A stretch of 64,000 nucleotides of DNA from assembly GCF_018350175.1 (NCBI RefSeq), contig NC_058369.1:8990001-9054000 (forward strand), written 5' to 3'. The notes under the pieces are model-generated. The model saw only the letters and a program-made list of their open reading frames with translations, was not told the DNA's origin and did no database searches. Of the stretch, positions 63,250-64,000 are shown piece after piece. The stretch comes from Felis catus (Eukaryota). A program made the translations under genes and the position numbers. Numbering within the stretch: position 1 is the stretch's first letter; each line of letters opens with the position of its first letter.

Positions 63250-63440
63250 GCTGGGGCTTTCCCCGCTGACGCAGCGGAAGCGCTGCCCCTACATGGGCCG
63301 ATTCTGTACAGTGACGCGACGGCGGTCTCCGGGCAGATTCCGGGAATCCCCTCCCCCGCTCTGCCGGGCAGGGCTGCGGCGCCGGGAAGGGGGCCGGGAT
63401 TTTCCCAGGCAGGCGGCTGTTCGGGCCCGGAAAGCCCCAG
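63250..63440. promoter_or_regulatory. JUNB downstream (3') enhancer
   Basis: kB sites at 63253-63262, 63342-63351, 63396-63405 and 63429-63438; STAT TTCCGGGAA at 63338-63346; CRE half-sites at 63267 and 63312; ETS CGGAAG at 63275; degenerate CArG at 63288-63297. Confidence 0.75.
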
Positions 63441-64000
63441 GCCTGGGTCCAGAGCGTCCGCGGTGGGAGGGCCACGCTCCTGGTCCCGGAGCCAACCGAG
63501 AGCCCGCCCCATGGGGTTGGCGTCCGGGCTTCGCCGCGCCCACGCCCGCTCCGTCTGTCCTGACCCGGGCGGGGGGTTGCTGCAGTCTTCGCGTTGTTGC
63601 CGCCGCGGTACCCCCCCCCCTCACCCCCGCCAGGAAGGGCGGCACCCGCCTGCCAATTTCCCCTCCCGGGTGCCAGGCTGGGAGCGGGGCGACTGCCAGG
63701 TCTGGTCCTGCCGGGGCGGCTGCTTGGGCCGCCGGGCGCCGCCGCCGCCCGCGGGACGCCCTCCCCCGCAGTTGGGACGGATGGGAAGGTGGCTGGTGCG
63801 CCGGGAGCAGGAGGGTCTAGCCGGCTTCGGAGCCGGAAGCCCCCAGAGCGGCAGAGAAAAACACAGGCTGAGACACCGCAGGGGTGAGGTAGGCAGAACA
63901 GATAATTCATTAATTCACTTATAAAATACTGAACAACGTAGCCCTGGAGACACCACCTGGATCATGGCAGACAGACAATAAACAAGCAAATATGATTCGG

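Noticed and set aside
62414-63820. 468-aa ORF and the other ORFs spanning N runs
   Set aside because: Stop-free only because of the N gaps and the CpG island.

Overview
Mammalian, GC-rich, gene-dense genomic DNA. The Can-SINE/SINEC_Fc-type repeats point to a carnivore, most likely a felid. Gene order matches human 19p13.13: TNPO2(-, 3' end runs off the left edge), TRIR/C19orf43(-), GET3/ASNA1(+), BEST2(+), HOOK2(-), JUNB(+). I traced the exons by hand from splice signals and translation: GET3 348 aa, BEST2 507 aa, HOOK2 719 aa, JUNB 347 aa. TNPO2 introns host two C/D-box snoRNAs with the same 28S guide, and one TNPO2 intron is U12-type. Other notable items are a 6-nt HOOK2 microexon with neural-microexon features, a GC-AG intron in GET3, and the TNPO2 30-nt alternative acceptor. 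The least explained structure is a ~125-nt element, unlike the SINE/MIR/L2 repeats here, present three times in HOOK2 introns (direct, direct, inverted). It could form competing local or long-range RNA duplexes around an in-frame four-exon block. Four N gaps hide TRIR exon 2, part of the JUNB bZIP and parts of the JUNB 3'UTR. Most long ORFs in the supplied track are GC-rich artefacts.
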